Below are positions 18,047-25,730 of a DNA stretch of 42,209 bases, piece after piece (the first letter of the stretch is position 1; every line of letters begins with the position of its first letter). The notes under the pieces were generated by a model. It saw only the letters and a program-made list of their open reading frames with translations. It was not told the DNA's origin and did not search any database. This DNA comes from Alphaproteobacteria bacterium RIFCSPHIGHO2_12_FULL_66_14 (lineage in GTDB: Bacteria; Pseudomonadota; Alphaproteobacteria; Reyranellales; Reyranellaceae). The stretch spans positions 1-42,209 of the forward strand of contig MEMN01000233.1 in assembly GCA_001767945.1 (NCBI GenBank), written 5' to 3'. The translations under genes were made by a program, and so were the position numbers.

Positions 18047-18145
18047 TCCGGAGCGGGCCCGTTTCCCCTACCCTGCGCGGGCCCATCCCCTCCGGATCCT
18101 GGCCGGCGATCGACCCTCAGCCTCCCTGTCGATCGCCGGCTTTTT
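18047..18145 (+). ncRNA. Candidate cuckoo/CcsR-like sRNA in the DUF1127 3' UTR, ending in a Rho-independent terminator
   Basis: Two hairpins with C/U-rich loops (TTTCCCCTACCCT and CCTCAGCCTCCCT). The second has a perfect 13-bp stem (18102-18114/18128-18140) followed by TTTTT. Confidence 0.6.
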
Positions 18146-18181
18146 CTTTGCGCCCGCCGGGGGCTCTGCTAGAGCCCGAGC

Positions 18182-19399
18182 GTGGCACTCTCCGACCAGA
18201 AGATTCAATCGCTCGGCCGCGACGGCCTGCAGCTCGCGGCTACCGGCGATTTCGCCGGCGCCGAAGCCCTGTTCGCGCGGGCCGCCGAGGCACGCCCCAA
18301 TTCCGGGCAGCTCCTTCATCTCCTGGGTCAGGTTCGTCTGAAACTCGGTCGCTTCGCCGCGGCCCGAGAGCCTCTGGAACGCGCCGCCGCGTTCCTGCCC
18401 CGGGATGCCGCGGCGCAAATCAATCTCGCGGGATGCCTCGGCCAACTCGGCCAGCACGATGCCGCTCTCGCGACGCTCGACCGGGCGGCGCGACTGAAAC
18501 CCGGCGATGCCGCCATCACCTACAACAGAGGCCGCGCCCTCGAGGCGCTTGGCCGGTCCGACGAGGCCGAGTACGCCTACGACGAGGCGCTGTCGATCGA
18601 CCATCGCCTGATCCCGGCGCTCAGCGCACGGGCCGGCCTGCTGGCGGCGCGCGGCGATTGGGTCGGTGCCCTCGGCGATCTCGACAGGGCGCTCGCCACC
18701 CGACCCGACGAGCACGCCCTGAAGCTGCGGCGCGGCGAGCTGTTGCTGCGGCAGGGCGACTGGTCGCGCGGGCTGATCGACTACGAGGCACGTCTCGACA
18801 TCGCGGCAGACCGCTACGCGCCCGCGCTGCCACGCTGGCAAGGCGAGCCGCTGAGCGGCCCCCTGCTTGTCTATCCCGAGCAAAGCGACATCGAATCCGA
18901 TGGGGCAGTGCGCGATACGCTGATGCTGGCGCGCGGCGTCGATGCCGTGGTGCAGTGCGGCACCAGGGCCGCGGGCCTGGTCGAACTGCCCACCATCCGC
19001 CGCGACGCGCCGCTGCAAGGTTTCGTGGCGGCGGCGCCGCTGCGCAGCCTGCCACACTTGCTAGGCTGGACTCTGGAGTCGCTGCCTCTGCCCGGTCCAT
19101 TGCGACCGAAGGCACAGCCGTCGGCCCGCATCGGCTGGTTTGCCCGTACCGCGCCACCTGCAGGAATCGTCGTCGAGAGCGATCACGACAAGGTGGCGGA
19201 TTGCAGCCGCGTGGTCGGCGACGACACCGCCACGACGCACATCGCGGCTTTGCTCGACATTCCCACCCTGCTGCTGCTGCCCTCTTCCGCAGACTGGCTG
19301 TGGGGACCGCGCCGCGGACCGTCGCCGTGGTATCCGAGCCTCGACGTCATCGGCGAAGAGGAGACCGACAAGCTGGCGGCGTGGCTTGAGAGGTGCTGA
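18182..19399 (+). CDS. TPR-repeat protein with a degenerate glycosyltransferase (GT9-like) C-terminal domain
   Basis: N-terminal TPR repeats. C-terminal WQGEPL..EQ, PLRSLP, DTATTHIAA and DWLW...SPWYPS resemble alphaproteobacterial TPR-GT proteins. GTG start. Confidence 0.72.
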   Translation: MALSDQKIQSLGRDGLQLAATGDFAGAEALFARAAEARPNSGQLLHLLGQVRLKLGRFAAAREPLERAAAFLPRDAAAQINLAGCLGQLGQHDAALATLDRAARLKPGDAAITYNRGRALEALGRSDEAEYAYDEALSIDHRLIPALSARAGLLAARGDWVGALGDLDRALATRPDEHALKLRRGELLLRQGDWSRGLIDYEARLDIAADRYAPALPRWQGEPLSGPLLVYPEQSDIESDGAVRDTLMLARGVDAVVQCGTRAAGLVELPTIRRDAPLQGFVAAAPLRSLPHLLGWTLESLPLPGPLRPKAQPSARIGWFARTAPPAGIVVESDHDKVADCSRVVGDDTATTHIAALLDIPTLLLLPSSADWLWGPRRGPSPWYPSLDVIGEEETDKLAAWLERC

Positions 19400-19425
19400 T
19401 ATCCGCATCCGCGGAGGAATGCCAA

Positions 19426-20820
19426 ATGGGCAAGACGCTTTTCGACAAGATCTGGGATAGCCACGTCATCACCGATCTCGGCAACGGCTTCGTCCTGCTG
19501 CACATCGACCGGCTGCTGCTGCACGACATGTCGGGCGGCAAGGCGCTGAAGGAAGCCATCGAGAAGGGCTATCCGCCGTCGCAGCCGCGCCTGATGTACG
19601 GCACGCCGGATCACACGATGTCGACCCAGCCGGGCCGAACCGAGAAAACCCATCCTCCGGGCGAACCGCTGATCCTGTCGATGCGCGAGACGACGCGCGC
19701 CTACGGCATCAAGCTGTTCGACCTCGGCCAGGACGGGCAGGGCATCGTCCACGTCATGGGTCCCGAGCAGGGGCTGACCTTGCCCGGCACCACGCTCGTC
19801 TGCGGCGACAGCCACACTTCTACGCACGGCGGCATGGGGGCGCTGGCCTTCGGCATCGGCTCGTCCGAGCTGGTGCACGTGATCGCCACCCAGACCATGG
19901 TGCAACGAAAGCCCAAGCGCCTGCGCGCCAGCTTCGACGGCAAGCTGATGGCGGGCGTCACGGCCAAGGACATGATCCTGCACCTGATCGGCGAACTCGG
20001 CACCGCCGCCGGTACGGGATTTTCGGTCGAGTACGCAGGCTCGGCGGTGCGCGCCCTGCCGGTCGAGGCGCGCCTTACGCTCTGCAACCTCACGATCGAA
20101 ATGGGCGCGCGCACCGGCATGGTGGCACCCGACGACACGACCTACGAGTACCTGAACGGCCGCGACTATGCGCCGAAGGACGCGATGTGGGACCGCGCCG
20201 TCGCCCACTGGCGCACGCTGCCTTCGGATCCCGACGCCGAGTTCGACCGCGAGCACACGGTCGACATGAAGAACGTGGCACCGCAGATCACCTGGGGCAC
20301 CAGCCCTGAACACGTCATCGCCGTCGACCGCGCCATCCCCGATCCGAGAACGGGCCCGGAGGAGAAGCGCGGGGCCTGGGAAGCCGCCCTCAAATACCAG
20401 GGCCTCGAGCCCGGCAAGCCGATCGAGGGCACCAAGGTCGACTGGGTGTTCATCGGCTCCTGCACCAATTCCCGCATCTCCGACCTCCGCGCCGCCGCCT
20501 CGATCGTGAAGGGGCGACACAAGGCCGATCACGTGACCGCCTGGGTCGTGCCCGGCTCCGAGCGCATCAAGCGCGAAGCCGAGGCCGAGGGGCTCGACCG
20601 CGTGTTCCTCGAGGCGGGCTTCGAATGGCGCGAGCCCGGCTGCTCGATGTGCCTCGCCTCCAACGGCGAGCGCGTGCCACCCGGCAAGCGCAGCGTCTCG
20701 ACCTCCAACCGCAACTTCGTCGGCCGCCAGGGTCCCGGCGCGCGCACCCATCTCGCCAGCCCGGCGATGGCCGCGGCTGCGGCGATCCAGGGTACCATCG
20801 CCGACGTCCGCAAGTTCTAG
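19426..20820 (+). CDS. leuC: 3-isopropylmalate dehydratase large subunit-like aconitase-family protein (divergent paralog)
   Basis: KTLFDKIWDSH, GIVHV, CGDSHT, GSCTN, GCSMC and STSNRNF motifs. Some substrate-site motifs deviate from canonical LeuC. Confidence 0.85.
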   Translation: MGKTLFDKIWDSHVITDLGNGFVLLHIDRLLLHDMSGGKALKEAIEKGYPPSQPRLMYGTPDHTMSTQPGRTEKTHPPGEPLILSMRETTRAYGIKLFDLGQDGQGIVHVMGPEQGLTLPGTTLVCGDSHTSTHGGMGALAFGIGSSELVHVIATQTMVQRKPKRLRASFDGKLMAGVTAKDMILHLIGELGTAAGTGFSVEYAGSAVRALPVEARLTLCNLTIEMGARTGMVAPDDTTYEYLNGRDYAPKDAMWDRAVAHWRTLPSDPDAEFDREHTVDMKNVAPQITWGTSPEHVIAVDRAIPDPRTGPEEKRGAWEAALKYQGLEPGKPIEGTKVDWVFIGSCTNSRISDLRAAASIVKGRHKADHVTAWVVPGSERIKREAEAEGLDRVFLEAGFEWREPGCSMCLASNGERVPPGKRSVSTSNRNFVGRQGPGARTHLASPAMAAAAAIQGTIADVRKF

Positions 20821-20829
20821 GAGCACGCC

Positions 20830-21447
20830 ATGGACAAGTTCACCAAGGTGACCGGCGTGGCGACGCCGCTGATGCGCCAGAACGTCGATACCGACCTGAT
20901 CATCCGCATCGAGCGGCTGGTCGACAACGTGACCCGGGACGGCCTCGGGCCCTACTGCTTCGAGCAGATCCGCTTCAAGCCGGACGGCAGCGAGGACCCC
21001 GACTGCATCTTCAACCAGGCGCCCTATCGCGGCGCGCCGATCATCCTCAGTCGGGAGAATTTCGGCTGCGGCTCCAGCCGCGAGGGCGCGGTGTGGGCGC
21101 TCAAGGGCATGGGCATCAAGACGGTGATCGCGCCCTATTTCGGCGACATCTTCAACAACAACTGCTTCCAGAACGGCATCCTGCCGGTGGCGCTGCCGAT
21201 CGCGGAGATCGAACAGCTTGCCGACGAGATGAAGGCCTCGCCCGGAAATGCCCGGGTCACGGTCGATCTCGAGAACTGCACCGTCGTGTCGCCCACGGGG
21301 CGCATCATTCCCTTCCAGATCGATGCCCGGCGCCAGCACGCCATGCTGAACGGGCTGGACGACATCGCCCAGACCATGAGCCACAAGGGCGAGATCGAGG
21401 CCTGGCAGGCCGGCGACAAGACCGCTCGTCCGTGGGTCTGGCTGTGA
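20830..21447 (+). CDS. leuD: 3-isopropylmalate dehydratase small subunit-like protein
   Basis: NVDTDLII, NFGCGSSREGAVWAL, FGDIFNNNCFQNG and LNGLDDI motifs. Confidence 0.85.
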   Translation: MDKFTKVTGVATPLMRQNVDTDLIIRIERLVDNVTRDGLGPYCFEQIRFKPDGSEDPDCIFNQAPYRGAPIILSRENFGCGSSREGAVWALKGMGIKTVIAPYFGDIFNNNCFQNGILPVALPIAEIEQLADEMKASPGNARVTVDLENCTVVSPTGRIIPFQIDARRQHAMLNGLDDIAQTMSHKGEIEAWQAGDKTARPWVWL

Positions 21448-21451
21448 CCTT

Positions 21452-22315
21452 GTGAGGCCGCTCCACGCCGCTGCGGCGCTTCTCATCGTGGCGATGTGGG
21501 GTCTCAACTTCACCGTCATCCGCTTCGGCCTCGACGAATTCACGCCCTTCAGCTTCGCCACCTGGCGCTTCTTGCTGGGAGCGCTGCCTATTCTGTTCGT
21601 GCCCAAGCCCGCCGTCTCCTGGGCGACCTTGGCCGGCATCGGCGGCTTCATGTTCGCCGGCCAGTTCATCTTCCTGTTCTTCGCCATGCAGGCCGGCCTG
21701 CCGCCGGGGCTGACCTCGGTGCTGGTGCAACTGCAGGGCCCGCTCACGGTCGTGCTGGCCGCCCTCTTCCTGCGCGAGCACGCCACGCGCGGCCAATGGT
21801 CGGGCCTGGCACTCGCCACGATCGGCGTCGTGCTGATCAGCCAGACGGTCGAAGGCGCGGCGAGCCTGCTCGCCATCGGGCTGGCGTTGCTCTCGGCGCT
21901 CACCTGGGCCACCGGCAATCTCTTCTTCCGCACGGCGCGCGGCGTGTCGATGTTCGCCGTCACCGTTTGGGCGAGCGTCCTGCCGCCCATCCCCCTCGCC
22001 CTCGCCGCACTCGCGCTCGATGGCCCTGCCGCCCTGCTGGCCCCGATCCTCGCCCCGACGTGGCGCGGCTGGTTCGTGCTCTTCTATACGGTCGTGCCGG
22101 TGATGTGGCTGGGCTACCTCATCTGGGGCACGCTGCTGCGCACCTATCCCGCCGCCAAGGTCGGGCCGATCTCGCTGCTGGTGCCCTGCGTGGCACTCCT
22201 CTTCGCCTCCTTCCTGGTCGACGAGCCGATCGGCGGGCTGCGCCTGCTGGGCGTCGTCGTGGTGCTGGGCGGCGTGGCCATCGGCGTCTTCGCCTCGGGC
22301 CGGCGGCTGCGCTGA
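21452..22315 (+). CDS. EamA/DMT family exporter
   Basis: WGLNFTVI, F..WRF, GLPPGLTSVLVQ and about 10 TM segments. GTG start. Confidence 0.87.
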   Translation: MRPLHAAAALLIVAMWGLNFTVIRFGLDEFTPFSFATWRFLLGALPILFVPKPAVSWATLAGIGGFMFAGQFIFLFFAMQAGLPPGLTSVLVQLQGPLTVVLAALFLREHATRGQWSGLALATIGVVLISQTVEGAASLLAIGLALLSALTWATGNLFFRTARGVSMFAVTVWASVLPPIPLALAALALDGPAALLAPILAPTWRGWFVLFYTVVPVMWLGYLIWGTLLRTYPAAKVGPISLLVPCVALLFASFLVDEPIGGLRLLGVVVVLGGVAIGVFASGRRLR

Positions 22316-22522
22316 GCCACCCCGAGAAGTAGACCATTCCCTGCCACGCCTGAACGGGGTTTGTTTGTTCGGCGTCGGCGTCCGGAAATCGTCTCCAACC
22401 CGTTGATCGGGAAATGAAATCTCTGCGATGGCTGCCACGGAATCCACGCAAGTGGCTTTCGGAATGCGTGTGCCGAAAATCAGCGCCGGAGTGGACCATT
22501 TCGTGGACCATTCATGGACCAT

Positions 22523-22554
22523 AAAAAACGCCCGCTGGATCTCTCCGCGGGCGT
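22523..22554 (-). terminator. Rho-independent terminator-like hairpin on the minus strand
   Basis: ACGCCCGC-t-GGA-tctc-TCC-GCGGGCGT at 22528-22554 with an A6 run at 22523-22528 (a U tract on the minus strand). Confidence 0.7.
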
Positions 22555-22581
22555 CTCCCATTGTAGCTAGAAATCTAGCAA

Positions 22582-22605
22582 AAACCTGCTGAACTTGCAA
22601 ATTTC
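22582..22605 (-). repeat. 24-bp dispersed repeat, copy A; overlaps a minus-strand sigma70-like promoter (TTGCAA-N17-TAGATT)
   Basis: AAACCTGCTGAACTTGCAAATTTC is identical to 40647-40670. Confidence 0.85.
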
Positions 22606-22628
22606 AGATCGCAGGCATTGCCAGCAGG

Positions 22629-23909
22629 TCACGCCTTCTGCAGGCCGCACCATTCGGCGATGAACAATGCCGTCGCCTGGGTGATCTTGCGCACCGATTC
22701 CAGGTTCACGCGCTCGTCGAAGCCGTGGATGTCGTCGGACTGCGGGCCGTAGACCAGCGCCGGGATGCCGGCATAGAGGCCGAAGAAGCGGTTGTCGGCG
22801 GTGCCGGTGGAAGTCTTGTCCTCGAGCTCGCTGCCGAACACCGTCTTGTGGGCCTCGGCCAGCACGACCCGCACCTGCTCGTGGTTTTTCAGCACGAAAG
22901 GCTCGGCCTGGAAGCCTTCCCAGGTCACGCTGGGCGGATTGTTGCCCAGGAACGGATCGTTGGCCGCGGCCTGGCGCACCAGGTCCTCGATCTCCTGCCG
23001 GCACTCCTTGAGGTTCTGCGACGGCAGCACCCCCACGCGCATGTCGAAGGTGCACCAGGACGGCACCGAACTCGCCCAGTCGCCGCCGGCGATCTTGCCG
23101 ACGTTGAAGTTCACCGGATGATGGTGATCGCAGAAATGCTTGTCCTGCGCCTTCTTCGCATTCCACTTCTTCTCCAGCTCGCGCAGCTGCTGGATCAGGC
23201 GGAACGCCGATTCGATGGCGTTGGAGCCGGCGTCGGCCTTGTAGACATGGACCGGATGACCGGTGACCTTGACCTGGAACCACATGACGCCGACCTGGGC
23301 CACGGTGAGCACACCCGACGACGGCTCGGGAATGAGGGCCGCCTCGGCGCGGTAGCCGCGCTGCAGGCAGGCGAGCGCGCCATTGCCGGTGCATTCCTCC
23401 TCGACCACGGATTGCTGATAGACGTCGGCCGCCGGCTGGTAGCCCAGCGCCCGCAAGGCGCGCAACGCGAAGACGTTGAGGATCAGCCCAGCCTTCATGT
23501 CGCCAGCGCCGCGACCGTACATCCAGCCGTCCTTGACCGCTGGCTCGAAGGGATTGCGCGCCCACATGTCGTGCGGCCCCTCGGGTACCACGTCGATATG
23601 GCCGTTCAGGATCAGCGAACGGCCCTTGGGGTTCGACGGGCGCCAGGCACCGACCACGTTCCAGGCATCGTCGTAGTCCTGGCTGTGCGGCGAGTAGCCC
23701 GGCAGGTGTTTCAGGTCGTCGATCTTGATCTGCCAGCGGTCGACGCCCAGCCCATCCTGCTTGAACAGGCGGGCCATCATGTCCTGCGCCGGCGCCTCCT
23801 GAAAACGCGTCGAGGGGATCTTCACCAGGTCGGCCAGCACCTTGGTCTGGTCGTCGAACCGGCGGTCGACCTCGTTCATGATTTTGGTCTTTACGGCGGC
23901 TTCGAGCAT
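22629..23909 (-). CDS. M20 family metallo-hydrolase (ArgE/DapE-like deacylase)
   Basis: LILNGHIDVVP, YGRGAGDMKAG, VVEEEC, IPEP and IHGFDE motifs. Confidence 0.9.
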   Translation of the reverse strand: MLEAAVKTKIMNEVDRRFDDQTKVLADLVKIPSTRFQEAPAQDMMARLFKQDGLGVDRWQIKIDDLKHLPGYSPHSQDYDDAWNVVGAWRPSNPKGRSLILNGHIDVVPEGPHDMWARNPFEPAVKDGWMYGRGAGDMKAGLILNVFALRALRALGYQPAADVYQQSVVEEECTGNGALACLQRGYRAEAALIPEPSSGVLTVAQVGVMWFQVKVTGHPVHVYKADAGSNAIESAFRLIQQLRELEKKWNAKKAQDKHFCDHHHPVNFNVGKIAGGDWASSVPSWCTFDMRVGVLPSQNLKECRQEIEDLVRQAAANDPFLGNNPPSVTWEGFQAEPFVLKNHEQVRVVLAEAHKTVFGSELEDKTSTGTADNRFFGLYAGIPALVYGPQSDDIHGFDERVNLESVRKITQATALFIAEWCGLQKA

Positions 23910-23931
23910 GAGGTTACTCCAGTAAACAATC

Positions 23932-24042
23932 CCTCATCCTGAGGAGCGGCCGGAAGGCCGCGTCTCGAAGGATGGGCACGAGCACCCCGTCTGCAGCCCA
24001 TCCTTCGAGACGCGCCGCTTTGCGGCGCTCCTCAGGATGAGG
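23932..24042. repeat. Alphaproteobacterial nested palindromic (REP/RIME-like) element
   Basis: Outer 17-bp inverted repeat CCTCATCCTGAGGAGCG/CGCTCCTCAGGATGAGG. Inner 19-bp inverted repeat CGCGTCTCGAAGGATGGGC/GCCCATCCTTCGAGACGCG. Two small side hairpins. Confidence 0.85.
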
Positions 24043-24125
24043 AAGGTGAGTGGTCGGACCGAAGAGACAGTGGCCGACGCGAAATGACTCGTCAAAGCAG
24101 GGCCAGCCTTCTATTTCACGCCGCA

Positions 24126-25169
24126 ATGCCGACGCTGCGCACCTTGCAGGAACTGGACCGCGCGGGACTGCTGAGCCCCGATCCGCGGTTGGCGACGGCT
24201 GCCCAATCGATGGCCATTGCGATCACGCCGGAGATGCTGGCGCTGATCGACCATGGCGACCTGGTCCACGATCCGATCGCCCGCCAGTTCGTGCCCTCGC
24301 CCGCCGAGACCGAGGTGTCGGCCGACGAGCTCGCCGACCCGATCGGCGACGAGGCGCGCTCGCCGGTGAAGGGGTTGGTGCACCGCTATCCCGACCGCGT
24401 GCTGCTGAAGCCGCTGCACGTCTGTCCGGTCTATTGCCGCTTCTGCTTCCGGCGCGAAAAGGTCGGCCCCGGCGGCGAGGCCCTGTCGGCCGCCGAACTC
24501 GAGGCGGCGCTCGGCTACATCCGCGACCATCCCGGGATCTGGGAGGTGATCCTGACCGGCGGCGATCCGCTGATGCTGTCAGCGCGGCGGTTGGGCGAAC
24601 TGATCCGGGCTCTCGACGCGATCCCGCATGTCGCGGTCATCCGCGTTCACTCGCGCGTGCCGGTCGTCGACCCGGAAAGGGTGAGCCCGGACTTGATCGC
24701 CGCGCTAAAACCGCGGCGCGCCAGCCTCTGGCTCGGTGTCCATTGCAATCACGCCCGCGAACTCACCGCTGCCGCGCGGGCCGCGCTGGCGCGTCTGGCC
24801 GATGCCGGCATTCCCCTGATGGGCCAGACGGTGCTGCTGCGCGGGGTCAACGACGACGTCGAGACCCTGGAGCAGCTCATGCGGGCGCTGGTGACCGTGC
24901 GCGTGAAACCCTACTACCTGCATCATCCCGACCTGGTGCGCGGCACCGGCCATTTCCGCGTCTCCATCGCGGAAGGCCAGGCCTTGATGAAGGCCCTGCG
25001 CGGTCGCCTCTCGGGCCTCGCCCAGCCGACCTACGTGCTCGACGTGCCTGGTGGCCATGGCAAGGTCCCGATCGGGCCCGCCTATCTCGGCGACGACCCC
25101 GGGGCGCTGACGTCCGACTCTCTTGCGGTCGAGGACGCGTTCGGCGGCCGGCACCGCTATCCCGGCTGA
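24126..25169 (+). CDS. epmB: Lysine 2,3-aminomutase-like radical SAM protein (KamA/EpmB family)
   Basis: LVHRYPDRVL, CPVYCRFC (CxxxCxxC), TGGDPL, QTVLLRGVND, PYYLH and PGGHGK (PLP Lys). Start is 24126 or 24084. Confidence 0.85.
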   Translation: MPTLRTLQELDRAGLLSPDPRLATAAQSMAIAITPEMLALIDHGDLVHDPIARQFVPSPAETEVSADELADPIGDEARSPVKGLVHRYPDRVLLKPLHVCPVYCRFCFRREKVGPGGEALSAAELEAALGYIRDHPGIWEVILTGGDPLMLSARRLGELIRALDAIPHVAVIRVHSRVPVVDPERVSPDLIAALKPRRASLWLGVHCNHARELTAAARAALARLADAGIPLMGQTVLLRGVNDDVETLEQLMRALVTVRVKPYYLHHPDLVRGTGHFRVSIAEGQALMKALRGRLSGLAQPTYVLDVPGGHGKVPIGPAYLGDDPGALTSDSLAVEDAFGGRHRYPG

Positions 25170-25179
25170 GCCTTCGGGA

Positions 25180-25644
25180 TCAGAGCGCTTTCTGCCCGAC
25201 CGGACCCGGCGCAGCCGCGACGAGTTCGACGTCCAGGCTGCCGGCCTTCTCGAAAGCGAGCGTGACGGCGACGTGTGCGCCCGGCACCAGCGGCGCCTTG
25301 AGGCCGATCAGCAGCAGGTGATAGCCGCGCGGCTTGAATGTGAGGGTGGCGCCCGGCGAAAGAGCCAGACCGTTCTCGCGCTGGCGCATGCGGATGCCGC
25401 TGCCCTCGACCGCGATCGCATGGATCTCGACCCGCTCGGCGGCTGGACTGGTGGCGCCGATCAGCCGGTCCGCGACCGCCCCCTTGTTGGCGAGCGTGAA
25501 AAAGCAGCCGCCGTCGCCGGTTCCGTGCGACGACTCCCGTGCCCAGGGGCTGCCGATCTCGATCTCCCCCAGCTTGTAGCTGCGGGATGCGACGGCGGCC
25601 GGCGGGCCGACAAGGGTCTCACGTTGGCGACGAAACCAATTCAT
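25180..25644 (-). CDS. Copper chaperone PCu(A)C-like protein (atypical)
   Basis: PWAR, DRLIGATSPAAERVEIH, H-x10-M, KPRGYHLLLIGLKAPL and VTLAFEKAG motifs. Start placed at ATG 25644. Confidence 0.78.
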   Translation of the reverse strand: MNWFRRQRETLVGPPAAVASRSYKLGEIEIGSPWARESSHGTGDGGCFFTLANKGAVADRLIGATSPAAERVEIHAIAVEGSGIRMRQRENGLALSPGATLTFKPRGYHLLLIGLKAPLVPGAHVAVTLAFEKAGSLDVELVAAAPGPVGQKAL

Positions 25645-25730
25645 GGGCGCCCTTCTAGCCCAGAGCGAAGAACCCGGTCTCGCACTTTGTCGGTCCTTTA
25701 CTGCCGGGATTAGTTTTTTTCGTGGACCGG

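Noticed and set aside
19183-21990. 935-aa minus-strand ORF and similar long antisense or alternative-frame ORFs (e.g. 15933-17570, 5486-7036, 28463-30034)
   Set aside because: These are shadow ORFs of real genes in high-GC DNA and contain no recognisable motifs.
22491-22522. Short repeats as a CRISPR array
   Set aside because: The units are 8 bp with 3-4 bp gaps, there are no spacers, and no cas genes are present.
22567-23565. ORFs 22567-23565 and 40623-41627, both containing EICKFSRF near the C-terminus
   Set aside because: Both are alternative frames of real genes that happen to read through the shared 24-bp DNA repeat.
23914-24126. 70-aa ORF containing LPHPEERRKAARLEGW
   Set aside because: It is a translation of the palindromic repeat element, a common spurious gene call.
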